Positions 25,701 through 42,765 of a DNA stretch of 64,000 nt are shown in pieces. Every line of letters starts with the position of its first letter. The first letter of the stretch is position 1. The DNA is from the human T2T-CHM13v2.0 reference genome, Homo sapiens, in assembly GCF_009914755.1 (NCBI RefSeq), contig NC_060925.1, one strand, 5' to 3'. Made by a program: the position numbers and the translations under genes. The notes below the pieces were generated by a model. That model was given only the letters and a program-made list of their open reading frames with translations. It had not been told where the DNA came from and ran no database searches.

Positions 25701-28700
25701 GGAAAAATTTTTCAATGTTGCTGGAGAGGTCAACATGCAGATATAAGAAATCCAGAGAACTCCTACAAGATAATATGCAAGATGACTATTGCCAAGTCAT
25801 ATAGTCATCACATTATCCAAGGTCAAAGTGATAGAAAAAATATTAAAGACAGTTAAAGAATAGGGTCATGTTGTCTGTAAAGGGAAACCCATAAGATTAA
25901 CAGCAGACTTCTCAGCAGAAACCTTGAAAGCCAGAGAAGATTGGGGGGCCCACTTTTAGCACTCTTAAAGGAAATAAATGCCAGCCAAGAATTTCATATA
26001 TCTGTTCAAACTAAGCTTCATAAACAAAGGAGAAATAAAGTATTTCCCAGACAAATAATGGTTAAGGGAATTTTCACCCCCCAGACCAACCCTACAAGAG
26101 ATGCTTAAGGCTTAAGGGAATTCTAATTATGGAAATAAAACAATGGTACTTGCCACCATAAAAGCACATGCAAACACATAGCCCAAGAACCTTATAAGTA
26201 ACTACATGATTGAGACTACAAAGGAACTAGCTAACAGCACTGTGACAGGAATAAAATCTCACATATCAATATTAATCATAAATGTAAATGACCTTAATGC
26301 CCCACTTAAAATACATGAAGTAAAAATTTGGGCTAAAAACTCATCCTTTTGCTGTCTTCAAGAGACCTACTTCACATGTAACAACACCCACAGACTCAAA
26401 GTGAAGGAATGGAGAAAGAACTATCACACAAGTGGAAAATGAAAAAGAGCAGAGGTCACTATTCTTCTATCAGATAAAATAGACTTTAAGCAAACAACAG
26501 TAAAAAAAGGATTAAGAAGGGAATTACACAATGATAAAAGGCTCAATTCAACAAGAAGATTTAAGTATTCATTTTTTTCCCCAAGGAAAGCTGTTGAAGG
26601 AAGATTTAAGTATTCTAAATATATATGCACCCAATATTGGAGCACACAGATTTATAAAACAATTACTTGTAGACCTAAGAAAAGATGTTGAAAGCCACCT
26701 GATAATAGTGGGGGACATCAAAATTCCACTGATAGCAGTAGATAGATCACTGAGGCAGAAAACTAACAAAGAAATTCTGGACTTAAATTTGACACTTGAC
26801 CAATTGGACCCAATAGTCATCTACAGAATACTCCACCCAACAACCACAGGATGTACATTCCTCTCATTTGCACATGGAACACACTTTAAGATTAACCACG
26901 TGCTTGGTCATAAAGCAAATCTCAATAAATTCAAAATAATTAGAATCATACTAAGCATCTTCTTGGACCAGAGTAGAATAAAAATAGAAATCAATATCAA
27001 GAGAAACTCTCAAAACCAAACAAGTACATGGAAACTAAGCAACTTACTCCTGAATGACTTTTGGAAAAACAATGAAATTAAGGCAGAAATAAAAGAAATT
27101 CTTTGAAACAAACAAAAATAGAGACACAACATACCAAAACCTCTGGGATATGGCAAAAGTGTTAACATGAAAGTTTATAGCCCTAAATGCCTATATCAAG
27201 CAGATAGAAAGGTCTCAAATTAACAACCTAATCCCACAGATTAAAGAACTAGAAAAAGAAGAACAAATGAAACCCAAAGCTACCAGAAGAAAAGAAATAA
27301 CATCAGAGAAGAGTTAAATGTAAGTGAGACCCACAAAACCATACAAAGGATGAATGAAATGAAAAGTTTGTGTTTTGAAAGGATAAACAAAACAGATAGA
27401 CTGCTAGGTAGATTAACAAAGAAAAAAGAGAGAATAAACACAATGAGAAATAAGAAAAATAACATCACAACCAATCCCACAGAAATATAAAAGATGCTCA
27501 GAGACTGTGTGAACATCTCTAGGCACACAGACTAGCATACCTAGAGGAAATGAATAAATTCCTGGAAACACATCCTCCCAGGATTGAACCAAGAAGAAAT
27601 GGAAATCCTGAACAGAGAAATAACAAGTAATGAAATTGAATGATTAGAAAAAAAACCCTATCAATCAAAAAAGCCATTCAAATGGATTCACAGCTGAATT
27701 CTACCAGATGTATAAAGAACTGATACCAATCCTATTGAAACTATTCCAAAATATTGAGGAGGCGGGACTCCTCCCTAATTCATTCTATGAAACCAGTATC
27801 ATCCTGATACCAAAATCTGGCAAAGACACGACAAAAAAGAAAACTACAGGCCAATACCACCGATGAACACAGATGCAGAAATCCTCAATAAAATACTACC
27901 ACACTGAATCTGGGAGCACATCCAAAAGTTAATTCATCATGATCAAGTGGGCCTTACTCTTGGGATGCAAGGTTGGTTATATATGGAAATCAATAAGTGT
28001 GATTCACCACACAGAATTAAAAACACAAATCATATGATCATATCAATAGACACAGAAAAACCATTCAATAAGATCCAACACTCCTTCATGATAAAAAGCT
28101 CTCAACAGACTAGGCATTGAAGGAACATATCCCCAAATAGTAAGACCCATCTATGACAAATCCACAGTCAACATCACACTGAACAGACAAAAGCTGGAAA
28201 CATTCTTCTTGAGAAATGGAACATGACAAAGATGCCTAGTCTCAACACTCATATTCAATATAATACTGCAAAACCTAGCCAGAATAATCAGGCAAGAGAA
28301 AGAAAAGGCATCCAGATAGGAAAAGAGAAAATCAAATTATCTCTGTTTGCTGACATTATTCTATACCTAGAAATCCTTAGAGATTCACCCAAAAGACTTC
28401 TAGACTTGATAAATGACTTCAGCCAAGTTTCAGGATACAAAATCAATGTACAAAATACAGGAACATTTCTATACATCCATAACATGCAAGCTGAGAGCCA
28501 AATCAATACTTCAATTCCATTTACAATAGCCACAAAAAAGTACCTAGGAATACATCTAACCAAGGAGGTGAAGGATCTCGACACAAAGAACTACAAAACA
28601 ATGGTGAAAGAAATCATACATGACATAAACAAATGGAAAAGCATTCCATGCTCATGGGTTAGAAGAATCAATATGGTTAAAATGGCCATACTCTTCAAAG

Positions 28701-29316
28701 CAATGTACAAATTCAATGCTATTCCTATCAAATTACCAAAGTGATTTTTTCCCAGAATTAGAAACAAATGGTAAAATTCACATGGAACCAAAAAGAGCCC
28801 AAATATCCAAGCAATCCTAATAAAAAGGACAAAGCTGGAAGCATCACATTACCTGATTTCAAACTATACTACAAGATCACAGTAACTAAAACAGCAGGAT
28901 ACTGGTACGAAAATAGACACAGACCAATGGAACAGAATGGAGCTCACTGAAATAAAGCCACATACTTACAACCAGCTGATCTCTGACAAAGCTGACAAAA
29001 AATAAACAATAAGGAAAGGATACCCTTTCAATAAATGGTGATGAGAAAACTGGCTAACATAATAAGCAGAAGAATAAAACTGGACCCTCTATGTATCACT
29101 AAATAAAAAATTAACTTGAGATGGATTACAAACTTAAATGTTAGACTGTTACATTCTAGATTTTATTCATCTGGAATGGAAATTATAGAAGAAAACTTAG
29201 GAAATACTCTGCTAAACACTGGCATAGGCAAATAATTTATGATGAAAGCCCCAAAAGTAAATGCAACAAAAACAAACATTGACAAGTGGGACTTAAGTAA
29301 ACTAAAGAGCCTCTGC

Positions 29317-29352
<36 letters not shown>

Positions 29353-30345
29353 ATCAACAGAGTAAACAGACAACCTACAGAATGGGAGAAAATATTCACA
29401 AACTATGCATTTGACAAAGGTCTAATATCCAGCATCTATAAGGAGCTTAAATAAATCAACAAGAAAAAACCAAACAACCCCATTAAAAAGTGGGCAAAGG
29501 ACATGAACAGACACTTCTCGAAAGAAAACATACAAACAGCCAACAAACATGAAAAAGTGCTCTACATCACTAATCATCCAAGAGATAGAAATCAGAACCA
29601 CAATGAGATACCATCCTGCACCAGTCAGAGGCTATTATTAAAAAGTTAAAAAAAAAAAAAAGAGATGCTGGAGAGGTTGTGGAAAACAGGGAATGTTTAT
29701 ATACTGTTGGTGGAAATACAAATTGTCTCATCCCCTTTGGAAAGCAGTTTGGAGATTTCTCAAAGAGCTAAAAATAGAGCTACCATTTGACCCAGCAATC
29801 CCATTATGGAGTACATATCCCAAGGAAAAGAAATCATTTTAGCAAAAAGACACATGCACTCATACGTCTACTACAGCACTATTCACAATAGCAAAGACAT
29901 AGAATCAACCCAAGTGTCCATAAATAGTGGATTGGATAAAGAAAACGTGGTACATATACACCATGGAATACTATACAGCCATAAATAACAATGAAGTCAT
30001 GTCCTTTGCAGCAACATGGAAGTAGCTGAAGGCTGTGATCCTAAGCAAACTAATATAGAAACAGAAATGCAGATATCACAAATTCTCACTTATATGTGGG
30101 AGCTAAATTTTGGGTTCCCATGGACATAAAGATAGAAACAGTAGTCACTGGGGACTCCAAAAGTTGGGAGGGAGGAAGAGAGGCAAGGGATGAAAAAATT
30201 CTTATTGAGTACTGCCTTCACTATCTGGGTGATGGGATCAATAGAAGCCCAAACCTCAGCATCATGCAACATATCCTTGTAACAAACCTGCATGTGTACC
30301 TCCAAATCTAAAATAAAAACAGAAATAAAAAAAAAGACAAATGGA
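22760..30345 (+). mobile_element. Full-length decayed L1 (L1PA15/16 / L1P4-like), ~7.6 kb
   Basis: ~2.4-kb GC-richer 5' UTR; ORF1 relic from ~25173 (MRKNQHKNS...); ORF2 relic from ~26242 (EN motif NIYAPN, RT LFAD); 3' UTR and A-rich tail; many stops and frameshifts. Confidence 0.93.
23340..24100 (+). repeat. Degenerate ~110-bp tandem array (about 7 units) in the L1 5' UTR
   Basis: Core (c/t)tggtgcagtagc-like at ~23371, 23484, 23588, 23701, 23811, 23920, 24034. Confidence 0.8.
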
Positions 30346-31097
30346 AAAAAATAATGAAAGGCTTTGCACATTCATTACATCATAACTTTGCTATTAATGT
30401 TAATTTTGCAGAAAATTATGTTAGCAAAAAATAAAACGACAAACAATAACAACTAAGAAACTAAAACAAACAAATCAAAAAACTAGGAGAATTGTTCTGA
30501 TAAAGTTTTTGTAGTCAGGATGTGAGAGACTCTAAGGTAGTCAAGTCTCTCCAGTGAGATCTGAATTTACCTGGAGTCTTGGGAAAATTTAGTGACTGTG
30601 AATTACTGAACTGTGGCATGTAAATGTGATGGCCAAAGTTTGAAAATCCAGTTTTAAACTATCTGCATCACTATCTGCACCACTTTCATGGGTGTAGATG
30701 GAAAAGGTTATTTACAGAAAAATCACACAGAGTGTATTAGTTCAGCATTTGAGGTTTCAGTTACAGAAATCACTCAGTCCTAGTTATTTGGTAACATTCT
30801 TATTCACTGGGAATGGCTATAGTGCAATACTCATGTTCTGTCTTTGACTTTGTTATTTTGTGCCTTCAGGATTCCTATATTCACACACTAGATTTTTAAA
30901 CTGTAATATATGAAAAAAATAGCTCTTAATTGATGCTGTTTAAACAAAATTTTCCTTGGTCAAAAACTTTTGAGAAATTCATTCTTATTTTTTTTTTCAG
31001 GGCATGTCAAAATCTACACTAGGATAAAAACCTGTTTAACTTTGTTTAAAGACTTGACAATACATTAGCTACAGTAAAAAATGTTTTGCTTGATATA

Positions 31098-31176
31098 TTA
31101 GGTTGACATAAAAGTAATTGCATTTTTTGCCATTAAAATTAATGGCAAAACTGCAATCGCTTTTGCACCAACCTAT
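31098..31176. mobile_element. MADE1 mariner MITE
   Basis: ~80-bp palindrome ttaggttg...aaaagtaattgc...gcaatcgcttttgcaccaaccta flanked by TA. Confidence 0.92.
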
Positions 31177-32190
31177 ACTTACTGCAATTTCTTAACTAAG
31201 AATGAATTTTTTATTCTTTGGGAATGAAAGTCCTTGATAAGAAGCAAAACGTAGTCTCTGGCTGTTCTTAGTTATAATTTGTGACTTTTTCTGAGTACTA
31301 CTACCTTAGATACCAATTAAATCAGAATACTTCTAGAGCAGAAAGCGATAAAATACTAAAGGTTTTAGGAGTCATCAATGCTACCATGTATATTTGATCT
31401 TTGAGACAATAACTCAAGATAGCTTATTGACTTCTGAACAATCATATTCACCAAAAAGAAGAATTACCAAGAAGAATGAAATAAAGTCACTTAGGGGACT
31501 GAATGAAGTAATGCTTACATTGTTGCTTTATTTTCCAGTGTTTACTTGCTTTTTCCTTAAGAGAATTGTATTTCTTGCTCTCACATTCTGAAGAAGTGCT
31601 TGATGTGGTTTCATCCTTGAATGTCTGAGACAGTTAGTAACCAAATAAGAAGATGTTACATGGAAGCTAGCTGAGAAGAAAAATGTTCCCAATATCTAAT
31701 ATAGATTTAAGAAATTTCTTCCAGCCAGCAGAAAATTTTTATCTAATACAAAATATGAACAACGCATCCATCTCTAATTCTTCTGCTTGCTCCTCCTACA
31801 GCAAATTATGTAAATCCAAGCATTGGTTAATAGTGAAAACATGTAATTAGCCCACAATATTAGGAAATCTGGTTCCCAGGATTAGTCACAACCAAGGGCA
31901 ACCCAGTGGAAAGGCACAGTGTATTAAATATGTCTTTTACCAATTAAGTAGAAAATAGAGCAAACAAAATGGAAAAAGTAATAGGAGTATATGTCTCTCA
32001 GGCTAACTAGTTCATTTCTTTTATATGTCTGTTTGATTCCTTTTACATTCTTTTAGGATATGCATTCCTGGAAATATCAAAGATTAAGCTTTACAGACTA
32101 TCAGACACGTGTGAGAATAATCACCAAAAAATCTTTATTTTTCAACTATAATATCATAGCTATGGTGCCTTTTTGTTGTCAATTACTTGG

Positions 32191-32558
32191 TGATATGGTT
32201 TGGCTGTGTCCCCACACAAATCTCATCTTGAATTGTGGCTCCCATAATTCTCACATGTTGCAATAGGGACTCAGTGGGAGATAATTGAATCATGGGGGTG
32301 GTTTCTCCCTTACTGTTCTCGTGGTAATGAATAAGTCTCACGAGATCTGACGGTTTTATCAGGGGTTCCGTTTTCTCTTGGCTCTCACTTTCTTTCTGGC
32401 CTGCCACCATGTAAGATGTGCCTTTTGCCTTCTGCCATGATTGTGAGGCCCCCCTGCCCCAGCCACATGGAACTGTGAGTCCATTAAACCTCTTTTTCTT
32501 TATAACTTACCAACTCTCAGGTATGTCTTTATTAGCAGTGTGAAAATGGACTAATACA
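32191..32558 (+). mobile_element. THE1 solo LTR
   Basis: tgatatggtttggctgtgtcccca...aatggactaataca. Confidence 0.93.
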
Positions 32559-33153
32559 CGTGAAGAAGTAGAAGGACTGATTTCTGCCTGTTGCACAATT
32601 TGAGGTTTTTGAATGATCAAAGTTTTCCAGAAATGACTGTTACTCTTTCTGACTTCTGTTAACTCTTCCCTATGAGGCCGAAGCAAAAAGAGAAAGAGGG
32701 AAGGTGTACAATGGCATCACCACATTCATTGGTCAACTCACAGGACTGAAAATTTTCAATTTGAAGTGGGTTGTTTTTCCAGTGACTCTTGAAGGGAAGA
32801 AAAGTTTTTCCTACTTAGTAGAAAATATCAATTCGCTGTTAGAGTAGGCTTCCTTGTGATTTATCTACAACGGAACTTCTCTTTGCAGCTGTGGTGGATC
32901 CACCAAGAGCTTCACAGCTTCATTGCTGTTGCTTAATATGAGTCACACAGAATTTTTGAGGGAATAGGGAACCTATTGTCTTGCCACAGAAAATTTTGAA
33001 ATGTAACCTTAACCCAAATTTCAAGCAAAAGTTTAAACTAGATTCATGTCTGATTAATGGAGTACAGGGCAATGATAGTAGTAATTTTGTACTTTGGTAT
33101 TAATCTTGTGAATTTGCAAGGGAGGATTTGCAGGGGCAAAATACCCTATGTTA

Positions 33154-33491
<338 letters not shown>

Positions 33492-33762
33492 CATAAGATA
33501 GGCCTCTATTAAATGAGAGGATCTGATTGTAGGATTCTGCTGGAAATGCAATTTGGCATCATGTTGTACCTACAACTTTAATATTACCATGCATTTCTTA
33601 AAGGATAAAACAAAGTTAGTGTCTGAAGAGATATCAGGGCACCATCTATCGAGACAAAGATATTTACATCGATTGAAAAGGTTAATTACTATCAGATAAA
33701 CTAATACGTTTGTTTTTTCTCTAGAAAGAAGTGATACTGACAAACTCATTTGCCAAAGAAAT

Positions 33763-36218
<2,456 letters not shown>

Positions 36219-37723
36219 CACATATACCATTTAAAACAATGTAATTAACTTTTAAAAGGATATTCATAGTTTTAGGGGAAAAAAATCCTGACACTTGTCA
36301 AAGATGCTAGAAAAGCCAGTGAAGTAAAAGGAATTGATGGAATAGCAAGTGAAATAAAAACAAAGGATGATAAAAATTCTAGGTTTGAGAGATTTCTGGA
36401 ATGAAACCGAATTGCAGTGAGACTGACTGTAACTTGCGGCCTGACCTTGAGCTCTGCCCCAGTGACCTTGATATGCCCAACAGGATTTCTGCTCTCTTCT
36501 AGTTTAAAACTAGTTTAAAAGGAAAACAAAAATGCTCCCTTGATCTCTCTCTGTGTTTTCCTTTCTTTTCCTTCTTCTTCATTTTCTTAAAATGGCTTTC
36601 TTAATTTAGGTTCAATTTTCAGACAATGCATATTGCTGGAAGAAAAAAAAGTGAATTGTGTCATTTAATATGTTATTTCTTCTACTCTACAGTTTATTTA
36701 TTCTTCAAGTAATATTCCAAGAAGGGATCTACTTTGTTCTTACAGCTTTTACCATTACTTTGTAAATCCATTGATTTAATAAATGTTTTTGGCAAATAGA
36801 GGATTTTTTTTCTATACCCAGGAATTAGCTAAATAGAAACCATTACAGAAGACCTTCTGCTGAAATTTTTAATTATTGGCCACATCTCTTGAATGCATCA
36901 GTAGCGTATTCCAGGAATCAAAGTGGTTTATATTGTAGAGATGCTGACTATACCTATGACTTTTTAAAGAAGTTTAGAAATACCAGAGTCCCAGAATGCC
37001 TGCCCTTTATAGAATAATCAAGTACATTAGTCACTAATAAAAAGAACCTCATCTTGGTTGATGTGTACCTCTTCAATATCAATTAATTGTCACAGCACAT
37101 TATGGAGCTCACTAGGTGAAGAATATGGTACTGGCTACTTTAGAAATCAATATGTAGATGCCAAAGTGGAAATGAAGACACTAATGAGTAGATTCAGAGA
37201 AAAATCCATTTGAAATGTGCTTTTAATTTATAAGTCTGAAGTGTTATGGACTGACAAAATAAGTGAGAAATAAAGTTTAATATTTATTTAATAGATTAGG
37301 CCAGGGACTCTGCCGCACTTGGGATAAACTCAAGCAGTTTTGATGAGCAGAAATTCTGGAAATTATGTTAATCCAAGGGTTTCTGCCAAGTTTTATGATG
37401 TTTAAAATGCCAATGAAGGGCAGGAATGGAAAAGTGTAAATGAAGGCCAGGATAGTTCCCCATGTCTTAAGGTGTATACTCTTCTAAATTGGGGTAGAAA
37501 AGAGATCTGGCAAACAATGACACACAGCTGATAGGATGATGTTCGCCCTTATGAACACCCAGAAAGGCTTCTCAAGGGCCAGTTAGTTTCTGAAGTGAGA
37601 ATTGTTCTTGAAAAACTGTTATGTCACCTATGAGATACAGTATTTAAGGTTTAGTGTGTACAATGATACGGGGTAACATGTATATATAATGATTATAGAA
37701 ATGTGTTAAGTATAATAAAAAAT

Positions 37724-38088
37724 TGCTGTGGTTATAATGTGTGTTCCCTCCAAAATTTATGTTGAAACTTAATCCCCATTGTATTAAGAGGAGAGGCCTT
37801 TTGAAAAATGATTAAGGCTTGAGAGCGGAGTCCTCATGAATGAATTAGTGCTCAATAAAAGAGCTGGAGGGAACTAGCTTAGGTCGTTTGGGCTCTTCTG
37901 TCCCTTCTGCCACGTGAGGAGACTTAGATGGAGCCATTTATGAGGAACGAGCCCTCACCAGACACTGAACCTACTAGTGCCTTGATCTTTGATTTCCCAG
38001 CCTCTAGAACTGTGAGAAAATAAATTTATCTTGTTTATAAACTAACCAATCTCAGGCATATTGTTAATAGCAGCACAACAAACTAAGA
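37724..38088 (+). mobile_element. MST/MLT1A-like MaLR LTR
   Basis: tgctgtggtt...ccaaaatttatgttgaaacttaatcccc...ccctcaccagacac...aactaaga. Confidence 0.85.
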
Positions 38089-38779
38089 TCTGTTATATTA
38101 TGCAAAATATAATTTCCATCACTATTTACATAGTTTTTTTCTCTTTTGCCAAACATACAATTCCATTTCACATTAACTGTACAAATAATATGACTCCACT
38201 GAAATAATTTTAATAATGATTTTAGTGTAACTTTCATTTAAGGAGTGGCTTATTCTGTATTAGGACTTTGCTGATGCTTTTAGATATTTAATTTGATACT
38301 TACAACAACACTGTGAGGGAGAGATTGTTTTCTCATTTTACAAATGATGAATCTGACAGAAATTAATACTTATGTAATCAGGGTTTTATCACACTTCAAT
38401 TCAATCTGACTCTTATACAGTAGGTGCTGTTCATTGAGCTTGAATGTACATATACTATACACACACATAGTACAGTACAATTGTGTTTCTTTCTAAATTG
38501 CATAAATTCAGTGCAATTGATAAAATATTACAATTGTATTCAATCCATTTTTGTTCTTATATTCTGAATCACTGAATGAAAATCCGTTGCAGAGAAGAAT
38601 TAACGTCTGAGGGGCCTCAAACCAAAGTAACGAGGACGCCACTGGTTTCATCCACTATGATATCCTTTAGAATCTACTCTTTGCAGAAGACTGGTTATTG
38701 GATCTAGATAAATACTAAAAATATAAATACCTAATGTTTAATAAGGCCTAATTATGAATCAGGGACTTTATATTTACAA

Positions 38780-39212
38780 TGTTATGAGTTGAATTTTATC
38801 TCCTCAAAATTCATATGTTGTAATCCTAAGTCTGAGTACCTCAAAACGTGACCTTATTTAAAAACAGGGTCATTGCAGCTGTAATTAGTAAGTTAAGGTG
38901 AGGTCTTACTGGGTAGTAGAGTGAGCTCCTAACTCAGTAAGAGTGGTGTTCTTATAACAAGAATTCCATGTGGGAAGAAAGAGATGGATACTGAGGGAAA
39001 CTGATGTGAACACAGGGTGACGACGGCCATCTACAAGCACAGGAGATAGGCCTGGAACAGACCCTTCCCTCGCAGTCTGCAGAAGGAGCCAACCCTGCCC
39101 ACACCCTGATTTTGGACTTCTAGGCCTCCAGAACTGTGAGGCAATACATTTCTGTTGTTTAAGCCACCCAGTTTGTGGTGCTTTGTTAAGGTAGTTCCAG
39201 CAAACTAATACA
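38780..39212 (+). mobile_element. MLT1B-like MaLR LTR
   Basis: tgttatgagttgaatt...ggcctccagaactgtgag...gcaaactaataca. Confidence 0.88.
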
Positions 39213-39326
39213 TATATCATTTCATTGAATCTTCACAGCAAATCTATGTGGCAGGCTTTCTTATTATCTCCACTTCACCAATGAGGAGACAGATACCTAG
39301 AAACATTAACTACCAGTTAGTAATGA

Positions 39327-39704
<378 letters not shown>

Positions 39705-40769
39705 AATACTACAGAGATTTTTACAACACCCAGAAAAACATGTTTCTGGTGTGAATTAAAAAGATTGACTTTATACTTTGACTCTCAACAGCTTAAAAGA
39801 GTTAATAAAGTTTCCTGGGATACTGAGTAGAGAGTGAAAAGTCAGCTTTTCAGGTCCCAAGAGTGTACTACCTGCCTGTCACCATCACAGACACAGGCAC
39901 ACACACACACAGACACTCCCAAACTGGTATTTATAATATGATGTAAAAATTATGTTAGGGAAGCTTTTTTCCCAGTTTTCCTCTAAAGAATCCCAAGCTC
40001 TCTGGGTTCCTTGGGACAGGCACTGAGTGAACACTGAGACTCCAGAGGCTGAGAATAGGTACCTGGGCCAAGAATTGCAGCTCCTCTTGAGATGTGGTGT
40101 TCTGCATTGGTATGACCTCCAAATCACACCAGTCCTTTTATTAATAACAACTGAAGGATGAATTGTTTATGCTGCCAGTAAAATGGGCCATTATTTTCTT
40201 AGATTGTTGCTAACACTTCAAGATGATTTATTTCTCCTTGTTATTGCTCTGTTTGTACCTTTGGTATTGGAGACCTGATTTAACCAAAAGTTTCCATTTT
40301 AAATGGTCTAAAATAGCCTAAGGTTAGTTCTAAACTAATCTCTTAAGGAATGATTAGATTTTTATTGTGGTAAATGATTGTTCAACAAGTAAGGGTGAAC
40401 AAAATGGAAAGTTACATACATTGCATTCTCTTGTCTCCTCTTGCATATCTATGTTTTGAGGCATTGTAGGAGGAAAATGCTTTTGTAAATAGAGCAGGAG
40501 GTTTGGAATTAAGGTGAGTTTGAATGTGGCTTCATTATTTGTGTTATCATATTGTTTACTTCCTTAAGAATTTGAGCCACAGTTTTTTCAACTAAAAAAC
40601 AGAGATAACAGTCCATAATTTTTAATGGATTTTAAGATTTAAGGAAAATAATGCATATAAAAATTTTATTGTAGCGTACTTACTACATAGTAGGCCCAAT
40701 TTTTTTCCATTTTCTTTAGTTTGGGAAATTTGATTTTAAAATGCTGCTTTTAAGGTACATATTTTATAT

Positions 40770-41225
40770 TCCCAGCAAGAGATGATGAGATGGCACCATG
40801 TATCCACAAAAACAACAAAAATTTAAAAACAGATGATACCAAGTAGAGGCAATAATATGGAGAAATGAGCACTCATATACATTGCTATTGGGTGAGCAAA
40901 ACTAAAAATAATTTTGGAGAAGCTGAAAGAGTATTTAATGAAATTGTGTAGGTATACTTCCAAATTACCTAGAAATTCTACCACAAAGCACATTACCAGA
41001 GGAATTCTTTCACACATGCATAGAGAAGCACACATAAGAATGTTTGGCATGGCAGTTTTTGAAACAAGAATTAGAAACAACTGAAATAATTAAAAGGCAG
41101 AATGCATGAATACAATGTCTATTCATGTGATGGGAGGCTATATAATGTTAAAAGGAATGAACTAGACCTGCACACATCAAAACTGATCGATTTCAACATC
41201 TCAAAACCACAATTTTTGAGAGAAA
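40770..41225 (+). mobile_element. Old L1ME-like 3' fragment
   Basis: cagatgataccaagt...actcatatacattgct...aaaaggaatgaactagacct. Confidence 0.65.
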
Positions 41226-42144
41226 ACAGATACTTGACCCTGGATGCCTACAGAAGGGTGGAGAGGTAGATGAGCAAGGTTTGGGTAATAAAATGAACCA
41301 AAAATGATGACCTAGGCCTGGACCAATATTCGTAATTGTGCTGTGAACTAAGTCTGACAGATTTTATCAATCTCATTATGTTTTCCTGTGGTTCATATAA
41401 TAACAAATGAAACAGTAACAATAGTAGACATATTACATATTTTTATTCCTCAAATTATTTATATTGAGGGGTGATAGAAACAATATGGTGCCATTAAAAA
41501 AATAGGCAAGATTTTGCTTTGCTGAGACTTTTCCCCCTTCTAGTTGGCTCACTTGGACAGGACAGGATCTAAAGACAGACTCCACGTGGGCTCGCTCTTT
41601 TGAGGCCCCCTTCTGGCCTTTGTAAACATTTATTAAACCTTTGCCCCTGACAACTCCTGGTCAGTGCCAGTGATCAGAACCTCTCCTTTAATTTTCTAGT
41701 CAGGCTACCTTTTGTTTTAAATTTTCAAGGCATCAGATATCACTCCATCATATTTTCCTAACTGCAAAGGAAACATAAATTAAGTTTTCAGAGGAGACTT
41801 TTTGGAAACCAACTCACAAGTCTTGTGGTAAGAGGAAAGCACTCCTCTTTGAGGGAGTTGGGACACAAAGTTTAACTCTCTCCAGTGAAATCTCTTCACA
41901 GTTTCTCTTCCTCTAATCTCCAGCAACCCAGTCATTTTATACTCTTAAAGTGGATGAAGAACTTAAGAGTTGAGTATTTTTCCCTTTTGCTTTGTATCTT
42001 CTTTTTTTTTATCTGTGCTCCACTCTAAACTCATATTTATTCTCTGCTTCTAGAGGCCAAGAAAACCAGTTTCTCATTTTAGAATCTCCACTGCTTATGC
42101 AGTGTCTGGCACATAGTAGGTGCTTAATAAATTCTTTTAAAGTT

Positions 42145-42765
42145 CACCTGGAATAGTATAACAGCCTCCTCTCTCTCTGCTTTCATTTTTGCCACTCCCT
42201 GCTATTCGTCATTTTTCCACACAGCAACCAAAGTGAGTCTTTAAAAATGTCAATCTGAAATGTCATGCCCTGGCCTTAAACCTTCAGTGAGCACCTACTA
42301 CAGAGTTTGAATTAAATCCAGTCTTTATCATGATGTACAAGGCCCTGTCTGACTTGGCCCTGATTATTCTTTCCTCTTGCTAACTCCTCACCAGCTACAT
42401 GGGCCTCTTTGCTGTTCCGACTTGCCAAGCAAGATACTACCCTAGGAATTTTGTGTTTGTTATTCCTTTTGATAGCCTCTATCCTCAGACATTTGTATGC
42501 CTTCCTCCTTCCCTTCTTTCACATCTCTGCTTAACATTTCCCTCAGCTAAGATGCCTTCTAAAAACACTTTACCTTAAATAGCATCTCTCTTCAACACCT
42601 CTATTTTCTTATGTGGCTTTATTTCTTCATAGCCCTACCTAACAATATATATTTGTCATTTGTCACTGCCTATTAGATTGGGAGCTCCATGAGGAAAGGG
42701 ATTTCACTGGTTTTGTGCAATTGCATATCCCTAGTACCTAGGTCAGCCCCTGGCAGATAACAAGT
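42145..42765 (+). mobile_element. L2 3' fragment
   Basis: ccacacagcaaccaaagtgagtctttaaaaatg...tagattgggagctccatgagg...cctagtacctag...cctggca. Confidence 0.75.

Noticed and set aside
25135-29988. ORF1/ORF2 pieces as an active L1
   Set aside because: Many stops and frameshifts; old subfamily
30980-31030. Strong poly-T CAG acceptor giving GMSKSTLG* as an alternative PTGFR last exon
   Set aside because: Lies 19 kb beyond the poly(A) site; poly-T/AG is common; no supporting evidence
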